Positions 17,586 to 28,900 of a DNA stretch of 64,000 bases are shown here, piece by piece; the stretch's first letter is position 1; each line of letters opens with the position of its first letter. The translations under genes were made by a program, and so were the position numbers. Source of the stretch: Bacteroidota bacterium (lineage in GTDB: Bacteria > Bacteroidota > Bacteroidia > UKL13-3); the NCBI GenBank assembly GCA_947507965.1, contig CANNQU010000004.1:15652-79651 (forward strand), given 5' to 3'. Under the pieces are notes generated by a model. That model saw only the letters and a program-made list of their open reading frames with translations. It was not told where the DNA came from and made no database searches.

Positions 17586-18902
17586 TTACTTCTTGTCTTT
17601 CACGATAATACAAAGCAATCCCGCAATTATCATTGAGATGCCCCCAATAACAAGGGCATAGATGCTTTGGCTTTCAAAAACATGTTTGATAAAGAAACCA
17701 AGTATGGCCGCAGCAACAATTTGAGGTATGACAATAAAAAAATTGAATACCCCCATATAGAACCCCATTTTATTCGGTGGAAGTGCTTTAGCCAGGATGG
17801 CGTAAGGCATGGTTAATGTTGAAGCCCAAGCCAAGCCAACACCTACCATTGGAATCAATAAAAACATTTTATCTTTAATGAAAAACATGGAAATTAAACC
17901 CATTCCACCAATAATCAAACAAAGTAGATGGGTGTAGTTTTTACCTATTCGTTTCGCCAACATAGGCAGCATAAATGCAACAATGGCCGATATGCCATTA
18001 TATACCATGAACATAACCCCAACCCAGTCGCCAGCATCTTGAAATGCTTTTGAGGTAGTGTCGATGGTGCCAAAAGCATTTTGAGCCACGCTTGATGTCG
18101 TATAAATCCACATCGAGAACAAAGCCAGCCAGGTAAAAAACTGTACCAATGCTAATTGTAACATTACTTTAGGCATTTTAAAAACGCCTTGAACTATTTC
18201 GATAATTCCATTAAAAACGCCGCTGGATTTTAATTTTTCCTGTTCCCATTTTGCAATATCCTCAGGAGGAAACTCATCGGTAGAGAGCACCGTCCATAAA
18301 ACCGAGGCTAAAAAAACAATAGCTCCAATAAAGAAAGAATATTTTACCGAATCGGGAATTACGCCTTCAGCAGCCGTGTTACTAAATCCTAACACATTGG
18401 TAAAGAAGTAAGGTAATAACGATGCGATTACAGCACCAGTGCCAATAAAAAAAGTTTGCATGGCATATCCCGTTGTTTGCTGTTCGGCAGGAAGTTTGTC
18501 GCCTACAAATGCCCGAAATGGTTCCATACTAATATTGATGGAAGCGTCTAAAACCCATAACAAGGTGGCTGCTACCCATAGAGCAGAAGAATTGGGCATA
18601 GCAAATAAGGCTAGGGAGGAAAAGAGAGCGCCCATAAAAAAGAAGGGTCGACGACGCCCGAAGCGCGGATGCCAGGTTCTATCGCTTAAATAGCCAATAA
18701 TAGGCTGTACTAGAAAACCTGTAATTGGTGCAGCAATCCAAAGGATGGGAATATCGTCAATTTGAGCACCTAAAGTTTGGAAAATTCGGCTCACATTGGC
18801 ATTTTGAAGTGCAAATCCAAATTGGATTCCAAGAAATCCGAAACTCATATTGAAAATTTGCCAGAAGTTTAAGTGTGGTTTTTCTTTTACGATTGTTGCC
18901 AT
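17586..18902 (-). CDS. MFS transporter (SLC45/sugar-cation symporter-like)
   Basis: 12 predicted TM helices. The N-terminal region resembles SLC45/sucrose-H+ symporter-like MFS proteins (WQIFNMSFGFLGIQFGFALQ). It has the typical loop motif GYLSDRTWHPRFGRRRPF. Confidence 0.75.
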   Translation of the reverse strand: MATIVKEKPHLNFWQIFNMSFGFLGIQFGFALQNANVSRIFQTLGAQIDDIPILWIAAPITGFLVQPIIGYLSDRTWHPRFGRRRPFFFMGALFSSLALFAMPNSSALWVAATLLWVLDASINISMEPFRAFVGDKLPAEQQTTGYAMQTFFIGTGAVIASLLPYFFTNVLGFSNTAAEGVIPDSVKYSFFIGAIVFLASVLWTVLSTDEFPPEDIAKWEQEKLKSSGVFNGIIEIVQGVFKMPKVMLQLALVQFFTWLALFSMWIYTTSSVAQNAFGTIDTTSKAFQDAGDWVGVMFMVYNGISAIVAFMLPMLAKRIGKNYTHLLCLIIGGMGLISMFFIKDKMFLLIPMVGVGLAWASTLTMPYAILAKALPPNKMGFYMGVFNFFIVIPQIVAAAILGFFIKHVFESQSIYALVIGGISMIIAGLLCIIVKDKK

Positions 18903-19107
18903 ATTGAATGAAAATTATTTTCCTTGAACCTAGTGACTAAGTAAGGAAGCAATGATAAATAAAATTATTTATAAATTCAGAATGCAATTGAGGTAATTAT
19001 TAACGCTCCACCGTAGATTTCATTCACCACAAAAACAAGCACAGATAATACGTTTACCAACTATTTTAAGATGGCAACAGTAAAAAGTTAACTGAATTAA
19101 AAAAAAC

Positions 19108-20781
19108 CTACTCTTTTTGAGCGTATTTTAAGATTAAAATATTTTGAGCGTTTGGTAATACACCACGTATATTGTTCTGAATTAATCGAAATGTCTTATC
19201 GTAAAACAGTGTAACTACCGGAGCATTGGCGATGAGGATGTTTTCCATTTCAGCATAATAATTATAAAGCATACGGTCGTTTGTTTCCTGCACCACTTTT
19301 TCATATAAAGCATCGTACTCCTTATTCTTAAAGTGTGTATAATTGGGCCCATCAGGACAAAAATTTCTGCTGTAAAATACGCCGAGATAATTTTCCGGGT
19401 CAGGGTAATCGGCAATCCAGGAGGCTCGAAAAAACAAGGCACGACCTTTATTGATAAGCCCGCGGTTGAAGCTGTTTTGGTTAACTTCGATTTTTAATAC
19501 GACCCCAATTTTTGCCAATTGATTTTGTATCAATACCGCCATATCCAGATATTGTTGTACGGTGTAAAGGGGTAATTCTGTTTTCTTATTTTGAAGGCCC
19601 GCCTGTTGCATATAGTAATTTGCAGAATCTAAATTAAAGGGGTATCCTACTATATTTTTTTCGTCGAGCAACGGAAATCCGGTCGGTGTAAATCCTCTAT
19701 TGGCGGGCGTTCCAATGTTATTGCGCAAATAGCTCACCAACGCATTACGATTGATGGCGAAGCTTATCGCTTTTCTAAAATTCACATCTCCCGTAGCGTT
19801 TTCTTTTACCAACGCAGAGGTATCATCGACCAAAAAACCCATATACTCTGTATTTAGATACGGATTGCTTTGCAAGATGAATTGGTGAAGATATTTTGCT
19901 TTCAACGTTCCATCTTTATGCAATACCTCATCCTTGAAATTACTTTCCAAACCGTTAAAGAAATCCAGATCACCTTTTGTAAATGCTAAGAAGGCCGCTA
20001 GTTTGTTATCGATAAAAGAGATCGAGACGGCATCGAGGTATGGAAGTTTCGTTCCGACGCTGTCAGACTCAAAATAAGTTTTATTTTTATGTAAGATTAG
20101 TTTCACCCCCTCATCCCATAAAAAAAATTCGAATGGACCGGTCCCAACCGGATGGCTTCGAAAATCTTTACCCCACATGGAAACACTTTCGTGGGGCACT
20201 ACAGCGCAATAACTTTGTGTAAGTAATTTTAAAAACGGACTATACGGTTGTTTTAGTTTTATGATAAAGGTGGTGTCGTTTTTTGCTTCAAAACCGCCCT
20301 CTGTTGCCTCTCTATCCACCATCGCTAATACCCAGGCTCCCGGCGAGGCTAGCTTTTTATCCAAGAGGCGTTCGAAACTATATTTGAAATCATTGGCGGT
20401 AACGGCTCTCCCTTTACTATAGGTATCTTGATGAAAATGAACGTCGTTGCGCAAATGAAAAGTATAGTTAGTTTTTTCTTCATTCACTTCCCAGCTTTTT
20501 GCAATGCACGGCATTATTTGCATCTTTTCATTCATCTGCACCAAGCCATTAAACAGTTGATTGATAAGCCACGTATTAGGCTGTGTTCTAGCAAAAGCCG
20601 GATCGAGGGATGTGAGTTGCCCATCTTCATTATAACGAAATACATTGTTTTCGTTATGCAAGTTGTTATGGCATGAAAAAAAACAAAGAGATAGCACCAC
20701 CAATAATTTCAGGAGTGCGTTGGCAATGGCTATTTCAAAATAAAACAGGCCAGAATGAAGGTTTGCTTTCTTGAGATTCAC
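19108..20781 (-). CDS. ABC transporter substrate-binding protein, family 5 (peptide/nickel-type SBP), lipoprotein
   Basis: Lipobox-like sequence LSLCFFSC. Length is about 550 aa. It has the family 5 SBP fold signature (NEDGQLTSLDPA..., YTFHLRNDVHFH) but no adjacent permease or ATPase genes. Confidence 0.7.
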   Translation of the reverse strand: MNLKKANLHSGLFYFEIAIANALLKLLVVLSLCFFSCHNNLHNENNVFRYNEDGQLTSLDPAFARTQPNTWLINQLFNGLVQMNEKMQIMPCIAKSWEVNEEKTNYTFHLRNDVHFHQDTYSKGRAVTANDFKYSFERLLDKKLASPGAWVLAMVDREATEGGFEAKNDTTFIIKLKQPYSPFLKLLTQSYCAVVPHESVSMWGKDFRSHPVGTGPFEFFLWDEGVKLILHKNKTYFESDSVGTKLPYLDAVSISFIDNKLAAFLAFTKGDLDFFNGLESNFKDEVLHKDGTLKAKYLHQFILQSNPYLNTEYMGFLVDDTSALVKENATGDVNFRKAISFAINRNALVSYLRNNIGTPANRGFTPTGFPLLDEKNIVGYPFNLDSANYYMQQAGLQNKKTELPLYTVQQYLDMAVLIQNQLAKIGVVLKIEVNQNSFNRGLINKGRALFFRASWIADYPDPENYLGVFYSRNFCPDGPNYTHFKNKEYDALYEKVVQETNDRMLYNYYAEMENILIANAPVVTLFYDKTFRLIQNNIRGVLPNAQNILILKYAQKE

Positions 20782-20860
20782 ACAGGATAAAAATCAAAAA
20801 TATTATAAAATAAGCGATTAACATTTTTTTACTTTTAAACATCTTATTTTTGAAATCGAA

Positions 20861-21298
20861 ATGAAATATTTATCATGGTTATTTTTTCTCTTATCAGTAG
20901 GAGTGCTCTCAGCACAAGATGCTATAGAAGTTACGGTTGGCGACAGTGTTGAACTCCTAAAACCGGCCTATACTACCAACTATAAAAATATTGATTACAT
21001 CGTGAAAACACGATGGGTAGATACCAGTACCGATTGGCAATGGGAGACGGGCGTTGATTTTTATGAATTTTTTTTTAGCAAAGGCGATTTCGACGGGAAG
21101 CGTTGTCCAATAACACATCAAGGCACCAAGGCACGCATCAGTGCCATACAACATTACCCCGACACCACCGGTAAAACGTCGGGTCGCACGGTATTTATGT
21201 GTACTCCTAGCTGGAACAAAAGGGCCATGTTTTGGGTAGAAGCTGAAGCCGCGTTAGAAGACGTGGAAGTGAGGGTGATGCATCGGAGAAGGAAGTAA
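20861..21298 (+). CDS. Hypothetical secreted protein
   Basis: Clear signal peptide MKYLSWLFFLLSVGVLSAQD followed by a 125-aa mature domain with two Cys. No recognisable motif. Confidence 0.4.
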   Translation: MKYLSWLFFLLSVGVLSAQDAIEVTVGDSVELLKPAYTTNYKNIDYIVKTRWVDTSTDWQWETGVDFYEFFFSKGDFDGKRCPITHQGTKARISAIQHYPDTTGKTSGRTVFMCTPSWNKRAMFWVEAEAALEDVEVRVMHRRRK

Positions 21299-21411
21299 GC
21301 ATTGTTTTCCTTCTATATCCTTTTCTTTGGCTAAAAGGGTTCAATTACCTTTGGTGAGGCTGCGCTAAGGACAATCACACAAGGCCAACGGTAGTTTTGA
21401 AGAAGGCACAT

Positions 21412-22695
21412 TTAGTATCCATACTTTTCTTTCCAGAGATTCCTTAGGTTGCCGCTAATTTCGTTCTCTCGTTGGTTTTTTCCGGGCTGGTACAATGTTG
21501 TACCTGTAATGCTTGCGGGAAGGAATTCAAGATCGGTGAAATTGTTTTCATAAGAATGGGCATATTTATATTCTTTCCCATAATTTATATCTTTCATTAA
21601 TTTAGTGGGAGCATTTCGGAGGTGCAATGGCACGGGTGCATCTCCCGTTTCTCGTACTAAACGTAATGCATTTTCGATGGCCATATAGGCGCTATTACTT
21701 TTCGGTGAGGTAGCCAAATATAGGGCACCATGCGATAAAATAATACGGGCCTCCGGCATACCGATGGCGTGAACAGCAGTATATACATTATTGGCTATGA
21801 CCAGTGCCGTTGGGTTGGCCATTCCAATATCTTCACTTGCCAAAATGAGCATACGGCGAGCAATAAACAAAGGATCCTCGCCACCTTCAAGCATACGAGC
21901 TAAATAATATACTGCCGCATTGGGGTCGCTTCCCCGCATCGATTTAATAAAGGCAGAGATGATATCATAATGTTGCTCACCACTTTTATCATATAATGCC
22001 ATTTTTTGCTGCACTATATTTTCAACCAACTCATTTGTGATGTTTTTATCTCCTCTATTTTCAATGCCACTCACCACGATTTCCAGTACATTAAGAAGCT
22101 TACGCGCATCACCACCACTTAATTTTAACAACGCTTCATTTTCTTTGATGGTAACCTGCTGAGAGGCAAGCCAGGCATCGCGCTCAAACGCTTGCTTTAA
22201 TAGCAATTCGAGATCTTGTTGTTGCAAATGTTGTAAAATGTAAACCTGGCATCTGGAAAGCAACGCCGCATTTACTTCGAAGGATGGGTTCTCTGTGGTG
22301 GCTCCTATTAAGGTAACGGTTCCTTTTTCAACGACACCCAACAAAGCATCCTGTTGCGATTTATTAAAACGATGTATTTCATCTATAAATAAAATAGGTC
22401 GTACCTTTGAAGCGAATAAATCGTGTGCGTTTGTTTTTTCAATTACTTCACGTATTTCTTTTACCCCAGAGTTGATGGCACTTAAGCCAAAGAAGGGCCG
22501 TTTTAAGGTACGTGCAATAATATTAGCAAGGGTTGTTTTACCGACTCCTGGCGGCCCCCAGAAAATCATACTCATGATATTACCACTTTCAATAGCATTG
22601 CGTAATACAGCACCATTGCCAATTAAATGTTGTTGCCCCACTACGTCATCCAACTGATTTGGGCGCATACGCTCGGCTAATGGGATAGGTTGCAT
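21412..22695 (-). CDS. rarA: Replication-associated recombination protein A (AAA+ ATPase RarA/MgsA)
   Basis: Walker A FWGPPGVGKTT. Walker B ILFIDEIHRFNK. Sensor and lid domains and the MgsA C-terminal helical domains are present. Length 427 aa. Confidence 0.9.
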   Translation of the reverse strand: MQPIPLAERMRPNQLDDVVGQQHLIGNGAVLRNAIESGNIMSMIFWGPPGVGKTTLANIIARTLKRPFFGLSAINSGVKEIREVIEKTNAHDLFASKVRPILFIDEIHRFNKSQQDALLGVVEKGTVTLIGATTENPSFEVNAALLSRCQVYILQHLQQQDLELLLKQAFERDAWLASQQVTIKENEALLKLSGGDARKLLNVLEIVVSGIENRGDKNITNELVENIVQQKMALYDKSGEQHYDIISAFIKSMRGSDPNAAVYYLARMLEGGEDPLFIARRMLILASEDIGMANPTALVIANNVYTAVHAIGMPEARIILSHGALYLATSPKSNSAYMAIENALRLVRETGDAPVPLHLRNAPTKLMKDINYGKEYKYAHSYENNFTDLEFLPASITGTTLYQPGKNQRENEISGNLRNLWKEKYGY

Positions 22696-22919
22696 TGCAG
22701 CAAAGATAATTGAAGTGAGACACTTACAAACAGATCCTCAAAAATACACCGTAGGGTTAGTAAATTAAGAGGCTACCGAAAACGGTGCTGGTGTAATTCC
22801 GTTGGTATAATGGAGAAAAGAAGCATCGACGCTGATGTCTAAATTGCTAATTTTAGTTCAGATGAAACGTTACATTTGTTCATAACTGAAACATTTTACA
22901 CGAAAGCGTAAAATTATAT

Positions 22920-25844
22920 TTGTACAAATACGTTCGGAATATAATGCATGCTTCAAAATTTTATTTAAAATACACATTCACTTTTTTATTTTGTCTTTTC
23001 TCTTCTGCGCTTCTTGGCCAGGAACACCCTTGTAAGGCTTATAATAATTGGGCCGACAGTATTTTGCAGGCCATGACTCTGGAAGAAAAAATAGGGCAAC
23101 TCTTTATGGTCTCGGCCACCTCTGCGAAAGAAGATTTGCTGACGGTAGACCATTTGATAAAGAGCTATCATGTAGGAGGAGTTATCTTTTTTAAAGGCAG
23201 TCCAGTGAAACAGATAGAACAAACAAACTATTATCAGAGCATATCTAAAACACCGTTATTTATTGCAATCGATGGAGAGTGGGGTTTAAATATGCGTTTG
23301 GAGAATACGCCTAACTTTACCAAGCAAATGCAACTGGGTGCCATGCGAAACGATAGCCTGGTATATGCCATGGGGAAAGAGATAGGACGTGAATGCCGGC
23401 GCATGGGAATCAATATCAACTTCGCACCAGATGTCGATATCAACAACAATCCGTTGAATCCAATTATTGGCGACCGTTCTTTTGGAGAAGAAAGAGACCG
23501 TGTGGCAAAGTACAGTGCAGCCTATATGCGTGGCATGCAAGAAGCCCACGTGATAGCATCGGCAAAGCATTTTCCGGGACACGGCGATGTGACGGTAGAT
23601 TCCCACAAAGACCTTCCTGTACTCTATAAAACAATGGAGCAGTTGGACTCGCTCGAATTGTATCCCTTTCGATACCTATGTGAACAAGGTGTGATGAGCG
23701 TTATGGTAGCCCACATAAATATGCCATGCCTCGATAGTACCCCCAATATCCCAGCTACCTTATCACCTATCGTTGTCACCGATTTGTTACGTGAGAAATT
23801 GAAGTTTAACGGGTTGATTTTTACCGATGCCCTGAACATGAAAGGGGTCACCAAATATTTCAATGGAGGCGACGCCGAATGGCTTGCCTTACGGGCAGGT
23901 GCCGATGTTTTATTATGTGTTGACGAAGTAGGAATTGCATACAACAGAATAATAAGCGCCTTAGACAGTAATCTTATCACGGAAAAAGAGATAGATGCCC
24001 ATGTACTTCGAATTTTAAATGCAAAATACTGGTGTGGATTAAAAAATAATTTGCCGATTGATACGGTTTGTATCATCGATGATTTAAACACCCCACGAAC
24101 GAAATTACTCATTCAACAAATGGCCGATGCCTCGGTATGTATTGTAACCAATAGGCAACAATTACTTCCGATAACAAAAAAAGCGGGTTTAAAAATAGCC
24201 AGTTTAGTTATTGGAGATAAAAAAGAGAATTTTTTTCAGGTTCAATTAAAGCATTATGCTAAGATGGACGTTTATGCTACCGACAAGAATTTCAGCAAAT
24301 CGGAGGTAAATTTCTGGATGAAGAAATTGGCTTTGTATGATGTCGTCATCGTGAGTATTCATGGTACCAGCAGGTATTTTACTAAGGAATATGGCATCAC
24401 TGAAAGCGAATCGAAATTTGTAAATGCACTATGTAAAAAGAAAAAAACGATTCTCGTTGATTTTGCCAATGCGTATAGCCTGGCCGAGTTTAACGATGCT
24501 AAAAACGTAGTCGTCGCTTTTGAGGAAACGGAGAATAACATGCTTACGGCGGCACAATTAATTTTTGGCCTGAAACCCTCATTAGGTAGCCTACCAGTTA
24601 ACGTCAATAAAAATTATGTGTTGCATCAAACGGTGAACACAACGGCCATGCAAGGAATGCAGTACACGGTTCCTGAAGCGGTGCAATTAAATAGTAAAAT
24701 ACTGAATACGATTGACACGATTGCCTTATGGGCCATCAAAGAAAAGGTGTTTCCGGGATGCCAGATTTTAGTTGCTAAAGACGGCATGATCTGTTATGAA
24801 AAATCTTTTGGTTCATTTACGTATGAGATCGATACAGAGCGGGTAAGAAACGATCATTTGTTCGACTTGGCATCGGTTACTAAAGTGGCGGCAACGAACC
24901 TCGCCATCATGAAGCTTTACGAAGATAAAAAGATAGATTTAAACCAGAAACTCTCGTTCTATTTGCCAGAACTAAAAGCAACAAACAAAAATATGATCAC
25001 CATTCGTCAGGTGCTCTTGCATGAAGCTGGATTGAAAGCCTGGATTCCATTTTATACCGAGGCGTTAAAAGATACGAGTGTATTTAAGAGAACCCCGGAT
25101 AAAAAATACAACATAAAGGTAGCCGACAGCATGTATCTGCGGGCAAATTATATGGAGGTGATTTGGAAGGCGATTTATAAAAGCCCGGTGGCTCCGGCAG
25201 GCAAATATCTGTATAGCGACCTCGACTTTATTTTATTGAAGAAGCTGGTAGAGAAACAAACTGGACAAGATTTCGAGAAGTATCTCAACAAAACTTTTTA
25301 TCAGCCTCTAGGCCTTACTACCACTGGCTTTAATCCACTACGTTTTTATACAAAGGAAGATATTGTGCCAACCCAAAACGACACTGTTTTTCGCAAACAA
25401 CTTTTACAAGGTTATGTACACGATCCAGGAGCCGCCTTATTTGGCGGTGTTTCGGGCCATGCCGGGCTCTTTAGCAATGCCTATGATTTAAGTATTATTT
25501 TCCAGATGTTATTAAACAAAGGGAGTTATAATAGCATCCAATATTTCCGTCCGGAAACGGTGGAATTGTTTACCTCATACCAATCGCTTACCAGCCGTCG
25601 TGGCCTGGGATTTGATAAGCAGAAACGTAAACCTACGGATGCCGATGTGATGTATAGCGGAGCAAGTACCTTGACATTTGGTCATACCGGCTTTACCGGT
25701 ATCAGTGTATGGGCCGACCCGAAGTATAATTTAGTTTTTGTGTTTCTCAGCAATCGCGTATATCCCAATCAGGAGAACGACAAAATCATCAAACTAAGCG
25801 TACGGAGTAAAATGCAACAAATTATTTATGAGGCAATGAAATGA
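22920..25844 (+). CDS. Fusion protein: glycoside hydrolase family 3 beta-N-acetylhexosaminidase (NagZ-like) N-terminal domain + class C beta-lactamase/serine hydrolase C-terminal domain
   Basis: GH3 signature KHFPGHGDVTVDSH and catalytic region GVIFTDALNM. The C-terminal half carries the serine-hydrolase S-x-x-K motif (DLASVTKV), YSD and HTG-like (GHTGFTG) elements of the beta-lactamase/PBP fold. Signal peptide present. The start may be the internal Met (MHASKFY...). Confidence 0.85.
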   Translation: MYKYVRNIMHASKFYLKYTFTFLFCLFSSALLGQEHPCKAYNNWADSILQAMTLEEKIGQLFMVSATSAKEDLLTVDHLIKSYHVGGVIFFKGSPVKQIEQTNYYQSISKTPLFIAIDGEWGLNMRLENTPNFTKQMQLGAMRNDSLVYAMGKEIGRECRRMGININFAPDVDINNNPLNPIIGDRSFGEERDRVAKYSAAYMRGMQEAHVIASAKHFPGHGDVTVDSHKDLPVLYKTMEQLDSLELYPFRYLCEQGVMSVMVAHINMPCLDSTPNIPATLSPIVVTDLLREKLKFNGLIFTDALNMKGVTKYFNGGDAEWLALRAGADVLLCVDEVGIAYNRIISALDSNLITEKEIDAHVLRILNAKYWCGLKNNLPIDTVCIIDDLNTPRTKLLIQQMADASVCIVTNRQQLLPITKKAGLKIASLVIGDKKENFFQVQLKHYAKMDVYATDKNFSKSEVNFWMKKLALYDVVIVSIHGTSRYFTKEYGITESESKFVNALCKKKKTILVDFANAYSLAEFNDAKNVVVAFEETENNMLTAAQLIFGLKPSLGSLPVNVNKNYVLHQTVNTTAMQGMQYTVPEAVQLNSKILNTIDTIALWAIKEKVFPGCQILVAKDGMICYEKSFGSFTYEIDTERVRNDHLFDLASVTKVAATNLAIMKLYEDKKIDLNQKLSFYLPELKATNKNMITIRQVLLHEAGLKAWIPFYTEALKDTSVFKRTPDKKYNIKVADSMYLRANYMEVIWKAIYKSPVAPAGKYLYSDLDFILLKKLVEKQTGQDFEKYLNKTFYQPLGLTTTGFNPLRFYTKEDIVPTQNDTVFRKQLLQGYVHDPGAALFGGVSGHAGLFSNAYDLSIIFQMLLNKGSYNSIQYFRPETVELFTSYQSLTSRRGLGFDKQKRKPTDADVMYSGASTLTFGHTGFTGISVWADPKYNLVFVFLSNRVYPNQENDKIIKLSVRSKMQQIIYEAMK

Positions 25845-25978
25845 GTCGTAAATCCGCCTCAATGTCAGCTTCCAAGCATATAATCAAGCAATATTGGCCC
25901 AGTTTTTAGTTTAGCCAAATTATTGTATTTCCGTTATCTTTGAAATCTTTTATTAATTTAATCTATTAAACGCAATTT

Positions 25979-28900
25979 ATGGTAGGAGCACTAGGAAGAA
26001 TATTTGGAAAAATATTTGGAAATAAAGCCGACAAAGACTTTAAAGAATTAAGCCCCTTCGTTGGTAAAATAAACGATGAATACGATAAACTGCAAAGTTT
26101 AAGTCATGATGAATTACGTGGGAAAACCTCTTCCTTCAAGGCATTGATCAAAGAATCGTTGAGCGAAATAACGCAGAATATAAATGACCTTAAAGCGAAA
26201 GCGGATAATCCCGACGTTGATGTAAATGAAAAAGAGGATTTCTTTAAGGAAGTAGAAAAGCTGGAGAAAGACCGTTTGACACTCTTGGAAGAGGTGCTTT
26301 TGGAGCTACTGCCAGAGGCTTTTGCCGTGATGAAGGAAACTTCCCGTCGCTTTTCTGAAAACGAGATTTTAGAGGTAACAGCCCAGGATTTTGACAAAGA
26401 CCTTTCTACTAAAAAAGACTTTGTTTCCATACAAGGCGACAAAGCCTTTTGGAAGAATTCGTGGGATGCTGCCGGGATCTTGGTCAATTGGAAGATGGTT
26501 CACTATGACGTCCAACTTATTGGCGGTACGGTGCTTCATAAAGGAAAAATTGCCGAGATGGCAACCGGTGAAGGAAAAACACTAGTCTCTACTTTGCCCG
26601 CATACCTCAATGCCCTAGCAGGTTTCGGTGTACATATTGTAACCGTAAATGATTATCTCGCCCGACGTGATAGTGAATGGAATGGCCCGCTGTTTCAGTT
26701 TCATGGCTTGGCCGTTGATTGTATCGATCTGCACCCATCTAACAGTGACGCTCGTCGTAAAGCGTATCAAGCCGATATTATTTATGGCACCAACAACGAA
26801 TTTGGTTTCGATTATTTGCGTGATAATATGGCCACCAGCAAAGAAGATATTGTTCAAGGGCATCTTCATTATGCTATGGTGGATGAGGTAGATAGTGTGT
26901 TGATTGACGATGCAAGAACACCCTTAATTATATCCGGCCCTATTCCCAAGGGCGATGAGCAAGAATTTTATGAGTTAAAGCCACGTATCGAAAAAGTAGT
27001 AGAAGCACAAAAAAGATATTTGAATACCTGTTTGGTGGATGCAAAGAAGCATTGGGAACAAGGCAAGCAAGATTTAGCCGCGATGCCACTCATACGCTGT
27101 TACCGCGGAATGCCAAAAAACAAAGCATTCATTAAGTTTATGGGCGAGTCGGGTGTAAAGCAATTCCTATTGAAAACGGAAGGGTACTACATGCAGGATA
27201 ATTACAAGGAGATGCCTAAAGTAGATGTGGAACTTTACTATGTGATAGATGAAAAAAATAATAACTGCGAGCTTACCGATAAAGGTATTGAAGCGATCAC
27301 TTCTTCAGGCGAAGACAAGCAGTTCTTTATTTTGCCCGACGTGGGGAGTATTATTGCCGAAATAGAAAAGTCGGCCGACACGCACGAAGAAAAAGTACAT
27401 AAAAAGGAAGAAGTGCTGTTGCAGTTTTCGAATAAGAGTGAGCGCATCCATACCATCAATCAGTTGCTTAAAGCCTATAATATGTTTGAGCGCGATGTAG
27501 AATATATTATTGAAGAAGGGAAAATAAAAATCGTCGACGAGCAAACCGGTCGTGTACTCGACGGTCGTCGTTACAGCGATGGTTTGCATCAGGCCATTGA
27601 AGCGAAAGAGAATGTGAAAGTGGAAGATGCCACGCAGACGTTTGCTACCATCACCCTTCAAAATTATTTCAGGATGTATCATAAACTGGCTGGGATGACT
27701 GGTACTGCCGAGACAGAAGCGAGTGAGTTATGGGAAATTTATAAGTTGGACGTAGTGGTAATTCCAACGAATAAGCCGACCTCGAGAGCAGATAAAAATG
27801 ATAAAGTGTATAAAACACGCCGTGCAAAATTCAAGGCAGTAATCGATGAAATTGAACGGTTGCGAAACGAAGGCCGTCCGATATTAGTAGGTACCACGAG
27901 CGTGGAAATTAGCGAGCAGTTGAGCAGGATGCTTCAAATAAAAAAGGTGCCACATAATGTACTCAATGCCAAACAACACCAAAGAGAAGCAGAGATTGTG
28001 CAGATGGCCGGGCAGGTAGGGCAAGTTACCATTGCCACCAATATGGCAGGCCGTGGAACGGATATAAAACTTACCGATGAGACGAAGAAATCGGGTGGAT
28101 TGGCCATTATTGGTACCGAGCGGCACGAGAGTCGCCGTGTAGACAGGCAGCTACGGGGGCGTTCGGGACGACAAGGCGACCCGGGCACCTCTCAGTTTTT
28201 TGTGAGTCTGGAAGACGATTTGATGCGTTTGTTTGGCAGCGACAGGATGAGCAGGGTTATGGATCGGTTCAATATCCCTGAAGACGAAGTGATAGAAAAC
28301 GGAATCATCACGCGCCAAATCGAAGGCTCGCAAAAGAAAGTAGAACAGAATAACTTTGGTTCACGTAAGCACCTGTTGGAATATGATGATGTAATGAACA
28401 ACCAGCGTAACGTGGTGTACACAAAACGACGTAATGCATTGTTTGGCGATAAACTTGCGATAGATATTGTAGAAAGCATTTATACTTTTTGTGGAGATTT
28501 AGTTGAAGAATATAAGCCTACCAATAATTTTGAAGGCTTCGAAATGGAACTGCTGACGTTATTGGCTACAGAACCTAATTTTGATGCTGTTTATTTTGGA
28601 AATAATAAAGCCGAGACCATCACCGAGAAACTGTATGATCACTTATGTGAAATATATAAAAAACATGCAGAGCAGATAGCAACTCAAAGCTACCCTACGA
28701 TTAAACAGGTGTATGAAGATCGCGGGCAACAATACGAGAATATTTTAGTTCCGTTTAGTGATGGCACCAAGAGTGTGAATGTAATTGCCCCGTTGCGCAA
28801 GTCGTATGAGACCAAAGGGAAGGAAGTGTTTTTGAGTTTCGAAAAGATGGTGATGTTAAGTTTCATTGATGATGCATGGAAAGAACATTTACGCGATCTC

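Noticed and set aside
22986-24607. Several 70-160 aa ORFs antisense to the GH3/beta-lactamase fusion gene (22986..23222, 23234..23449, 23286..23606, 23624..24112, 24359..24607)
   Set aside because: All are fully embedded in a well-supported long CDS on the opposite strand. They have no motifs and their composition mirrors the sense strand. They are antisense artefacts.
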